From contig NW_019028999.1 of NCBI RefSeq assembly GCF_002105155.1, positions 124,001-188,000 of the forward strand: 64,000 bases of DNA, read 5' to 3'. Shown piece by piece: positions 39,181 through 50,027 of this stretch (position 1 is the stretch's first letter; every line of letters starts with the position of its first letter). The stretch is from Lobosporangium transversale. Taxonomy: Eukaryota. The notes below the pieces were generated by a model. The model did not search any database, was not told the DNA's origin, and was given only the letters and a program-made list of their open reading frames with translations. The translations under genes were made by a program, and so were the position numbers.

Positions 39181-39212
<32 letters not shown>

Positions 39213-39398
39213 CAACAGCAGCGGCTAACCAAACTGATTTGATTATCTCTGTATAGGTTCCTACTAAGCTCACATTATACACACTACGCACCATTCGCGT
39301 TCTTTATCAGCCTTGTCGCTACAGTTATCAACCTGATAGCAAAACTGCCTGCAATGCATCAGGTCCGATTGTTCGACATTAACCAGAAAGTTGAATAA
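37674..39398 (+). CDS. ORM1: ORM/ORMDL sphingolipid homeostasis protein
   Basis: NLNSSWVNDK/GAW, SWTLTTLTYN, FHAVTGVPFE, TLWEQID, RKYLTIVPVVL/FLLSSHYT and IAKLPAMHQVRLFDIN match ORMDL. Four exons. Confidence 0.95.
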
Positions 39399-39479
39399 GC
39401 CATAGTAAGAAAGACGAAGCCCGCATGTTCATTGCAAGTCTGTACTTCTGATGTTGTTCAATATATGATACCATAAAGA

Positions 39480-39514
<35 letters not shown>

Positions 39515-39732
39515 TTGCCCTTTGTATATACTTTGATATATTTTCGACCCCTCAGATAATTGGATAATTGGGCGAAGCAAAAATGGGATCTCAATGTCCC
39601 ATCACAATAAGTTCAGTTATATCCACAGATTTTTGTAAATAAACAACCATACTCTGCTGTATTAAAACTACGCTTCCTATGCTTGAAATTTTATTTCGAA
39701 ACTGGAAAGAAACGCTCCATCTTGGTGATTGC

Positions 39733-40666
39733 TTAGTAGAAGTAACCCAGAACCTTTCCTCCGGTATGGCGGCGACGAGCCTCCTCGTGGTCCATGATAC
39801 CAGCCGAGGTGGTGAGGATAATGTAACCGAACTGGCGGGAAGGCAAGAGACGAGCAATCCACTTCTCGATCTCGTTCAACTTGATGTTGAAACGGGGAGA
39901 GATGACACCAGTCTTGTTGATGCGTCCAATGAGCTGAACAACGATCTTACCAGAGCGATGGTCGTCAATCACCTCGAACTCGCCAATATAGCCTATATAT
40001 ATCCATAACAATATCCAAGAAAATATTTCAGTTCAGATCCTTTGGTGAACAAATCTAATCATTATAGTGGTGGGAAGGAGGAAGAGAAGGGGAGGAAATA
40101 TCTCTGCGGGTATAGGCCGTAGGTCGGAGGAATTTTCTTTTTCACGAATGAAAAAGAAAGAGACCAGCAGCTTGTATCAAACAGACAAAGAGAAAGATAA
40201 AACCATCCAGATCAATAAAAGACTCTGGAAAAAAAAAGAGAAATAATAAAATTCCTCTTCCTTTCCTTCTTCGCCCATATATCCCTGAAAGCCTCATCTT
40301 CCCCTTCACTTGATATCCGGAAACTTTTTAAAGAAAAATGTGGCAAAGCATTTCCTTCTATTGAAGAAAACGAGACATTCATCTAGGTAATATTCCGGGG
40401 TGCTTTTGTTGTTGTTGTTGTTGTTTTTTTTTTTACTCTCCAAACTCCCCAATGAAGAGTAAAAAGAAAAAAAAAAAAAAAAAATCCTGAGGTGTCCAAG
40501 ATGAATAAATTGTCGAAAGTAAAGTTGACATACCGTGCTTCTGCATCAAGGACAAGAACTTGACAATGACCTTGGAGGAAGGACGGATCAAGACCTGGCG
40601 CTTGCCACGCTTCTCAGCGTTGTTGATGTTGTTGAGGCAGTCGTTCAAGACGGAGATGCGAACCAT
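39733..40666 (-). CDS. RPS22: 40S ribosomal protein uS8 (S22/S15a)
   Basis: [61 protein letters not shown]...GGKVLGYFY. One coding intron, plus an inferred 5'-UTR intron at 41265-40679. Confidence 0.98.
40070..40400 (-). ncRNA. Candidate intronic box H/ACA snoRNA in RPS22
   Basis: Hairpin with lower stem CCGGAA/TTCCGG, upper stem AGATGAATGT/ACATTTTTCT and pocket TTACCT + TAAAA, followed by an H box ATATCA (40316-40311). A second long hairpin lies downstream. The terminal ACA box is not clear. Confidence 0.6.
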
Positions 40667-40792
40667 TTTGATATGCTTCTATAGTCAAATAAATAAAAAT
40701 AATAAAAGATCTCTAGGTTAATATCTCAGGAACCAAAAGTAAAAACAAAAAATAAAATAAAATAAATCTCATCCTTGCCTTTTTCTTGCAAG

Positions 40793-40824
<32 letters not shown>

Positions 40825-40913
40825 CTAGAGATCTTAGACTAGATTCAGCCTTAGCATTGCACACAAGGTTTTTTCAATCAGACCATAATGCTTTAGACCA
40901 GGTAGATCAAAGG

Positions 40914-41075
40914 GGTCAGAATGAAAGCACCACGTGTAACAATGATAACTGCCGCGTCAACTCAATGTTTGGTAGATATTTTAGCCATAAAGACTGTTGG
41001 AAAAGTAAGGGGGGAAGGTATCAGTAAGAGTGTTCTGAACAGACTGTTTTTGATTCGACCATTGAAGGATCATCG
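40914..41075 (-). ncRNA. Candidate U13/snR45-like box C/D snoRNA in the RPS22 5'-UTR intron
   Basis: ATGATCCTTC (41073-41064) and TTGTTAC (40942-40936) are complementary to the 18S 3'-end segments GAAGGATCAT and GTAACAA. Box D CTGA at 40919-40916. A canonical box C is not evident. Confidence 0.4.
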
Positions 41076-41716
41076 AGAAAAAAAAAAAAAAAAAAAAAAT
41101 GTCGCTGCCTTTAAACAAGCGGGAGAAAGAAACAATAAACAACACTAATGAACATCAGGGATGATGAGATGGATGATATGAATGAATGAATGATTGAATG
41201 GGCGATTAAATGGATGGATAGTAAATAGATGGATGCAGTTCAAACATCAATGGATATACACACACCTGTTGAAGAGTGAAAGGAGGAACTCCCATCTCCA
41301 AGGCTCGAGTCAAATATGAATGGGGTTTGAATCACGTGAACTCAATTAAGTTCTGTAAACGCATAATGCAATTGACGCGTTTGGACGAGTAAGTTGCAAG
41401 AGCAACTGCGGACAAGGCCATGCAGGCAAGTAGGAAATACGGATCCACTTCCTGGAGCTGCGTCTGCTTTACTAAGCTTGAGGCATGGTAGAAATCAATG
41501 TCCTTGGTGATCTTGGCGAGATACAGGCATTTGTTGGGTTTGAGAAATAGACATGCTCTTACATACTCTTCATGATAATCTCGAGGGGTCTTTTTGTTCA
41601 TTTGTTACATACAGTCCGTTGTTTGGAATTTCATTCGCGCAATCATGACCAGATATGGATGACTCTCTTTGCTTTTCAATACGTTTTCTTTTCTTCTCTT
41701 CTCTCTTCCATTAGTA

Positions 41717-42191
41717 ATGCTACGTGCTACTACATCCGCATTCAGACAATCCTTACGCACATTCTCAACCATGGCCACCACTTCCACTACCGCTACTCCC
41801 TGCAAGCTAGCTCTTATCCAGCTTGCAGTCACTGCTGACAAGCAAGCCAATCTCGACAACGCTCGCACTCATGTCCTCAATGCAGCATCCAATGGAGCCA
41901 ACCTCATTGTCTTACCGGTAACTTTTTAGTTCATGACCCATTCAAGATCCCTTCTTGCTTTTCAAGGTGTGAATCATAAATTATTTTGAATGTCTATTGA
42001 TAACCTCATTGATTACTTTTTGTTGTAGGAATGCTTCAACTCTCCGTATGGAACCAAACATTTTCCTCAATATGCTGAGAGCCTAAAGGAAGGACCTTCT
42101 GTCAAGGCATTATCCGCTATGGCTAAGGTAAATTGAAGAGGGAAAAACAGCTGTATTCTTTTGCCAGCTTGGTTGACTAATTGATCAATCA

Positions 42192-42223
<32 letters not shown>

Positions 42224-43246
42224 CCCTAACTGAATGTATCCATGTTCAATAGGATGCGAAGGCATATCTGATCGGGGGTTCGATCCCGGAGCATGATCCT
42301 ACGGATGACAAGATCTACAACACCTGCACCGTTTACAACCCTAATGGAGAGATTATTGGAACACATCGAAAAGTCCACCTGTTTGACATCGATGTCCCTG
42401 GGAAGATTCGTTTCCAGGAGAGTGAAACCCTTTCTGCGGGCAAGCAGCTGACTCATGTCGACACAGGTTTGTTTTTAACGATTTTTAATTTCTCACGGCG
42501 TACCTTTATATCCCCTCTCACAAAAAAAAAAAAAAAAAAAAAAAAAGTATCTTAAGCTCAAAGCTGTGTTTAACGTACATTACCATGCATCTTTTTTTTT
42601 ATTATTATAGACTTTGGAAAGATTGGCATTGGTATTTGCTATGACATTCGCTTCCCAGAACCAGCCATGATTGCTGCACGACAAGGTAAAAAAAAAAGCT
42701 TAATGCTTTGTCTAGTTCTCCAAAGAACTTGGTTGAATACAAGGAAAAGCGTATTGATCCTCACCATGATACATCCTTTTTTTATTTTTTTTTATTTTCA
42801 CTATTATTTGGGTAACGAATAGGCTGCTTCGCCATGATTTATCCTGGTGCTTTCAATATGACCACAGGACCATTGCACTGGGAGTTACTCCAACGTGCAA
42901 GAGCTGTCGATAATCAAATATTTGTTGCGGCATGCTCTCCAGCCCGTGATCTCTCTGCTGATTATCATGCCTGGGGTCACTCTACCATTGTGGGTCCCTC
43001 TGGAGATGTACTTGAAACCATGGATGAAAAGCAGGGCATCATTTACGCTGACCTAGGTAAATAATGTTACAAAAAAAAAAAAAAAAAAAAAATACTGAGG
43101 GTTGATTGTCACATTCCTAATATAAGCGTGAATACTTCGAATATAAATTAGATCTTAAGAAGATGCACGAGTTCCGTCAGAGTATCCCATTGATCACCCA
43201 GCGTAGATTTGATTTATACGCTGATGTGTCCAAGGTGAAGCCTTGA
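41717..43246 (+). CDS. NIT2: Omega-amidase NIT2/Nit3 (carbon-nitrogen hydrolase)
   Basis: Catalytic E-K-C in [23 protein letters not shown] and [10 protein letters not shown]. Also [26 protein letters not shown] and QRRFDLY. Confidence 0.95.
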
Positions 43247-43626
43247 GTCTATTTTTTTTTTTTTTTGTATTATCAATTTAATAGAAAGAATAGACAAAAA
43301 AAAAATCGCTTTCCTTCTCCAAAGCCCTGGTTATTTAAACTGATTAAAAAAAAAAAAAAAAAAAAAAAGATTCAATGGAGCATATTTAGACATGAGGCAG
43401 AATTTTTATTATTTGAATGTGTGATTTGTACAATTTTAACTGCTGTTGCAATCTGCAGAAGAAAAATGAAGGATATTAAAAGAGGGGGAAAAAAAAGAAA
43501 AATAAAGAGCAAGCAGCGGAAGAAAAAAGAAAGGTTTCCTCTTCTTCCTTTCTATCTTTGCCTTCTCTTGTCAAGAAAGCCCTGTCCATACTCCACAATT
43601 TCTTTTTTTTTTTTTTTTTTTTTTTT

Positions 43627-45606
43627 TTATTGGTGGTAAGTGGATTCGGCACCACCGCGCCACGAGCGGACACCACCCTGCAAGCCAACGTTGTCAGAAC
43701 CAATGAGTTGCTCATGAACCTTTTCAATGGATTTGAAATAGTTGACGGTCTTGACGTGAAGCTCAAGAGTAGCATCCTCATCACAGACAATCATACCACG
43801 AGGGTGGAGTTGAATGGCAGAAACAGTCCACATGTGGTTGACACCCTCCTCAATACACTTGGCCAAGGCCAAAGCCTTGTGAGCGCCAGTAATGATAATG
43901 CAGACTTCACGAGCATCCATGACCGTACTATGTAAAAAAAAAAAAAAAAAAAAAAAGAGAGAGAGAGGAAAATAAAAGAAAAAGTAGGTTAGGTTGGGAG
44001 TGGTAAGGTTTGGAGAACATGCTGTCTGTGCAACACAAAAGCAATGAAGAATGGGGGAGATTCTCAAACAAGTGGGATAGAAGAACATGTCTCTTTTCTT
44101 TTTCTTTTTTTTTTTTTTTTTTTTTTTTTTGACTAGCTGAAGTAGCTGAAGGATTTTGATGTGTTGAACTCCGGTCCTGATTGCTTTAAGCTACATTTAT
44201 TGCTGAATCCAGGTTATTGGTCCCAATTGCTCACATCCAGCATTATCAAAAAACAATCATATGTAGGTTGAACTCATGGAAGCATGAATGTATACATGTT
44301 ACATTTGTGAGTGCTCTCAACAGTATCAACGGATATTTTGATCAACAAAGAAAGAGGACACTTACGCAACACCGACGGTCAAAGCCAAGTTGGGGACCTT
44401 GGTAATATCATTGTCGAAAAAGCGGGCATTAGCAACGATGGTGTCGTAGGCGAGAGTCTTGACACGGGTGCGGGAGTTGAGTGAAGAGCCGGGCTCGTTG
44501 AAGGCAATGTGACCGTCAGGACCGATACCTCCCAAGAAGAGCTCGATGCCTCCGACAGCAGCGATCTTCTCCTCGTAGCGCTGGCACTCGAGATCCAAAT
44601 CAGTAGCGTTGCCATCGAGGATATGAACGTTCTCAGGAAGGATATCGACATGCTTGAACAGGTTGCTCCACATGAATGAGTGGTATGATTCGGGATGATC
44701 TCTATGGGTTTTTATTTTAATCACCAAGGATAATGAAGAAATAAATGTCAGTTACAGGGATTGGATAGTTGCTTTGTATACATGAATGCATGATATCACC
44801 TCTTTTTTTTTTTCCTTCTAACTCAGCCCTGATTGCACACCTCTCATACATTCAACGACAACTAACTTCTTCCACTGTCTTCTAAAGCTTTGTATATATT
44901 TTTAATAGTTCCTTGAATGACCGGGATGGATGATGACTGTTTGACACCATCCAACTAATAAAGAGTCCGCATGTTTTGATTTCACCTTTTTTTTTTTTCT
45001 TGCTCTTTTGAGACCCAGCGAACGATCTGGCGATCGTGAGTAAAAAAAAAAAAAAAAAAAAAATTGTCCTTGCCTTGCTCTTTTTATTTTCTTTTTTTTT
45101 TTTTTTTTTTTTTTTTCCCATCTCCCAAATCCCCTCACTGCCACTAAATCAAAGTGTTCCCGCTCTATTTACCTGGGCAATCCAACGTATTCATCCATGT
45201 TGAAGGTGATAATGTGCTGGAAAGAAAGCTCTCCAGCCTGGTGGAACTTGACCAAGTTTCTGTACACACCAATGGGAGATGAACCAGTGGGAAGACCAAG
45301 AACAAATGGCTTGGTAGCAGTAGGAGCAAACTCCTTGATGCGTTCCTTGACGTACTTGGCTATTATAATAGGGAAGAAAGAAGGAAAAAAAAAAAAAAAA
45401 AAAAAAAAAAGTGAAAATCAGTAAATGATGTTTGATAACCCGAGTATAAAGAGCAACAAAGGGACGGGAAAAGATGAATGTCATGTATAGCGTGTTGAAT
45501 CCATTAAACGCGTAGAGAGCAGCATTTATTAGTAAGAGTAAACCATTTCCTGCTTACCGACGTGGTATGAGACGGCCTCAAAGTCCTTGCGAATGACTAA
45601 TCTCAT
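43627..45606 (-). CDS. NAG1: Glucosamine-6-phosphate deaminase (isomerase)
   Basis: [55 protein letters not shown] and [12 protein letters not shown]. Four exons. Confidence 0.96.
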
Positions 45607-47154
45607 GGTGATAAGAAATGAAGTGTGTGATGGATAAGGATATGGATGAAAAGTGGCGGATGATGAGAAGATGAGATGGCGATGGGGTGGCGATGGATGG
45701 TGGTGAGGGAATAAAGAAAGAAAGAAAAGAGAGAAAAGAGGAAAAGAGAGAGGAAGAGTTATAAAAGAAAAAAAAAAATAAAAAAAAATACGGGTTTGGA
45801 AATATATACGTAAACAGACAAGTTAGAGTTGAACACATTCAAAGTTTTCTTGTTCAATGCTCACTCCACAGTCAAACAATCGGCGCTTCTTCCGGATTAA
45901 AGTGAATCTACGCTTCCTTCCTTTGCTTCTGATTTCTTTGCTTTCTTTTACTTCAATGATATAATTCAAACGTGGAGTGTTTTTTTTTCGTTTCCATTCC
46001 TTTTTTTTTTGGTTCGTTATATATAATATAGTTTTATTGCTGTTTTCTTTTTGTGCTTTTAATCCTGTTGGTCATTCATTGATATGTGAACCTTATCCAC
46101 TCCATGACAGGGGCTTGTATTTGATCAAGATCAAGTGTAATATTATCTTTTTATACACATTGTCTTATAGTGCCTCTCACTATTAAAGGTAAAAATGCCC
46201 AGTGATTATCTATGATCAGGAAGAGAAGAGAAGAGAAAGAAAAGAGAGATAGCAAAGTCTACTATATATCAAGATGAAAAAGTAAAAAAAAAAAGGGGGG
46301 GGGAGAAGAGGGCCGTTTTTTTTTTTTCTTTCTTCTTTTTTACTCAGACAAAGAAGAACCCCTCTTTGCATTTCAAGGTTTTTATCTTGCACTTATCAAT
46401 GTTAGATCGTGGGCTACGATTGGACGATAGTCCAGACAGATACAAACCTTGGCTCACCTGCTTTCTTTCTTTTTTACACTTCCGCAAATCAATAAACACT
46501 CCCGCCTGTTTGAATTGGACTCTTGTTTTGTTGAGCATTTTCTTTTTTTCTTTTTTACTCATCTTCACCGAACAACTCTTGCATCATATCTCGACACTGC
46601 ACCATTATCATGTTTATCATGTTTGTATTTATACAGTATTTATATATATTTGTATATTTTATTTGGCAATTTCCCTTTAAATATAAACGCTCTCTCATTT
46701 GAATCATTTGTTTATATGTTATTCACCTTTGATCTTCATACATGTACCTCTGATCCTGCGTTGATGGCCCACAATGTGCTTGCTGACCTCACTGTTTAGT
46801 CCAGCACACTAGTTACAGGTCAGACCTCAGATGATTTTATAGCCCACTTGTCAACGTAAATTTGTTCCATGAACACTGTGTTGGGCGTTGGGGATCGTCA
46901 GAACATCCAACTTTGTTCCCATGGGGCAAAAAAAAACAAAAAAAAAAAAAAAAGGTCTATCGCTGAGTTCTTGCCTTATATTTTTTTTGTTACTTTCTTT
47001 TTCCTTCTTTCCTCTCGTTCTTTCATTCTTTCATTCTTTCATTTTCATTTTCATTTTTTTTTTTTTTTACACTTTCATTGACTGACTCAACAAAATTGAG
47101 CGCCTTAGCTCCAATTAGCTTTGTTTGTACGCATTTTGTACAGTACATGTACCT

Positions 47155-47189
<35 letters not shown>

Positions 47190-48190
47190 ATCCAAAGATA
47201 ACAACAGCCATGCATGTGCACTGGCCAGGCTCAAATGGGAGTTTTAATGATCTACATACACGTGCGATAAAATACTGTCATCAAGATTAAAGAACAATGG
47301 TGGCCTAAAATTCTAAATGGTTGGACGTTAAGCTGTAGAAATTAAATACAAAGACTGGAGATCACTCACCAAAATGTCTTTTGGAAGTGATGCTCTGGAC
47401 CTTGGATGTACGCCTGCACACGCTTTCTTTCTCCCCCTGTCCCCTAACTCAAAACACTCATCAACTATACGTATAGAATAAACAAAGTCTTCCTAGCACT
47501 TGCCTAAAAATAAGCTGCCTTTTCAGCTTCTTTTTTTTTCCTATGCAGCTCCAGCCACCCGCAGCCCAAAAAGATACATGTGCACCTCCGCATGGCGCTG
47601 CGTGCCTTGGCCGATAAGAATCCTTCAAAGATGTGAGTAACGAAAAAAGAAGCTCTTGATCAATGGAGTGTGCACCATGTTCTTACCTGTTCGCTCTTCC
47701 ACCATGACTTTGGCATACTCAAAGTCTGTAACAGTCTGCTTTTTTTCTGGTTCACTTTGCTTTATCAAGGATACCCCCATGCGCTCAAATAAGCGTGCGT
47801 AAAAAAAAATCTATGAACTAAATCCTTGATTTCCGATCCACGTCGCCTCGTAGGATGGATATCAAATAGTGGATACTCAGTCTATTATAGACACCACTGC
47901 TTGGACCATTCTTATGTCTGGAATATAGACATCCATACCATACCAAGTATATTTCTACTTCTTTTCTGTTCCAGAGCGGCGTGTATCATGGGCGCACGTG
48001 CGGCGCTTCTTAAATATTCGACCTGTTTAGACATGATTGGAGTTGTTGTAGCCTGTAGCCGCTATAAATGAACAGCGAAATTTACTGCGGAATTTTTCTT
48101 TTAAAAGCCTGTTCACCGCTTTTTCTTTTTTCTTTCTTACACCCTGATCTAGGAAACACAGCTTTCGAAAAAAAAAAAAAAAAAAAAAAG

Positions 48191-49597
48191 ATGGGCGACT
48201 CATCCCTAAGATCATCAAGCACGTTCCGTTATTATTCGTTACAAGCTGCCATAGCTCATATATATGCAACTTCTCGTCGCTATATTTCCTCGCTTCTGTT
48301 CTCTTCTTCGAGTTTTGGACCAGGCTATGCGCCACGTCCTGGTGACAGCGAGATCTCTATACCATGGATTTCAAAAACTTTGATCGCCGACGGAACGATC
48401 CCCAGGACTGCTAGGATATTAAGTGTGGAGTGCAAAGGACTGGATGGGAATCGTGGCTTGGTTGGCGCCATGAACCGTGTCTTGGTCAGCTATATCCCAG
48501 ATTCTTCCAAATCAACAGAAGCGGCTCCAAAGGAACTACACTTGATCCTCAAGAGGAGTAGAGATGGATACAAGGATAGGCTGGGCAACATCCTCTCTGG
48601 TCAGACCCGGGAAGCCATATTCTACTCTTCTGATCTGGCCAAGGAATTAGTACCCAAGACTTTATTGCCTAAAATTTACTATGCCTATGGATCACAATGG
48701 CTGGGGGAGTATGTAATCTTGATGGAGGATGTCAAGCAGCGTCACGGATCACCAGGCCCTGTGGATGTGAACTTTGTGTTTGGTAACCAGATCTGGGGGA
48801 TACCGCCGACAATCGATCGCTCTTCCCTTCCTTCAGCACCTGCAATGTTGGAACACATGTTCCTCACCGCAGCTGAGACCCATGCTCAACACTGGAACGA
48901 CAGGCGTCTGCTTGAACTGACTTGGCTCAAAACTGCGGGGTGGTACCATGGTCTGAATCGGATACAATGGGAATGGAGTGTGCAGGCGGGTGCTCAAGCG
49001 TGGGAAATGGGCAAAGCCAAAGCCACAAAGGGAGATTTTCCTGTGAAGTATTCTGAAAAGTTTGTCAAGATCTTGGACGAGGCATTTGAACGGGCCTCGT
49101 GGGACAAATTACAACAAAGACTTCAGGATAAATCTGTCCCATTCACCTTGGCTCATGGGGATTTTCATGCCGCCAACATGATCCTAGACAGGTCTGTTCC
49201 ATCATCATCCAGTATCACACTCTATGACTGGTCTGAAGTCGGTGTATGGGAGCCGACCACAGATCTGGGACAGACGGTGATCTCAGATATGGCTATACCG
49301 ATCTTCCAGGAGCATGCCCGACCTGCGCTGAAAAAGTACTGGGAGCGGCTTGTTCAGCTGGGAGTCGTCAAACCTACAGAATATACATTCGAAACGTGTT
49401 GGAGGTCATTCCTGAGAGGAGGGATTGAAAAGTGGCTTTGGATGTTTGGAATCCTCTCGAGCTACCCGGGTCTGCCAGCTCCTGGCGTACAATATTTCCA
49501 TGACCAACTTTTGGCGTTCATTGAAATGGCAGAAAAGGAGGGTGTTACTTTTGAAATTACAACCGTTCTTTGGTTTGCGCCACCAAGTAAATCTTAG
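48191..49597 (+). CDS. EcKL / APH-choline-kinase-like small-molecule phosphotransferase
   Basis: Intronless ORF. ILK (VAIK-like), REAIFY, ILMED, the Brenner-type HGDFHAAN and YDW metal-binding motif. Start placed at the ATG after the poly(A) tract. Confidence 0.8.
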   Translation: MGDSSLRSSSTFRYYSLQAAIAHIYATSRRYISSLLFSSSSFGPGYAPRPGDSEISIPWISKTLIADGTIPRTARILSVECKGLDGNRGLVGAMNRVLVSYIPDSSKSTEAAPKELHLILKRSRDGYKDRLGNILSGQTREAIFYSSDLAKELVPKTLLPKIYYAYGSQWLGEYVILMEDVKQRHGSPGPVDVNFVFGNQIWGIPPTIDRSSLPSAPAMLEHMFLTAAETHAQHWNDRRLLELTWLKTAGWYHGLNRIQWEWSVQAGAQAWEMGKAKATKGDFPVKYSEKFVKILDEAFERASWDKLQQRLQDKSVPFTLAHGDFHAANMILDRSVPSSSSITLYDWSEVGVWEPTTDLGQTVISDMAIPIFQEHARPALKKYWERLVQLGVVKPTEYTFETCWRSFLRGGIEKWLWMFGILSSYPGLPAPGVQYFHDQLLAFIEMAEKEGVTFEITTVLWFAPPSKS

Positions 49598-50027
49598 AAG
49601 ACTGATGACAATAATGCAGTACACCAAGAATTCTAAAAAAAAAAAAAAAAAAAAAAGAAATAGTAATAAAAATGTCTACCGCGACATTCTTAATCCCATT
49701 TAACATCACTTGTTCCTACTGTTCCTATTGCTCCTACTGCTCCTAGATTTTTTTTTTAGTGTTCCTTGATTACTGATCTGTTTCGGCTCGATTTATCACG
49801 TGTGAGAGTGACAACTCGATAAACACAACACGGACACAGGAATGCTGCAGCTGGAAACGGCTCACATGGCAAAGTAAAAAAAAAAAAAAAGGTGCACAAA
49901 AAGGGACAGCCATTCTCTCCATTCCTTTCATTCTCCATCTCATTTTTTTTTCTCTCCTCTCAACCTTGCACTCTTCTCCTTTTTGCTCCCCACATATCTT
50001 CCTGTACATAACACAGCTCAATCAACA

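Noticed and set aside
41609..41625. TACAGTCCGTTGTTTGG resembling the MITE terminal repeat
   Set aside because: Short, gapped match with no partner inverted repeat. Compatible with chance.
42274..42290. GGTTCGATCCC tRNA T-loop/B-box-like motif
   Set aside because: It lies in a NIT2 coding exon (GGSIPE) and no cloverleaf forms around it.
49709..49746. Short 9-bp tandem repeat (CTGTTCCTA-like) as a CRISPR-like array
   Set aside because: It is a plain minisatellite with no spacers, in a eukaryotic context.
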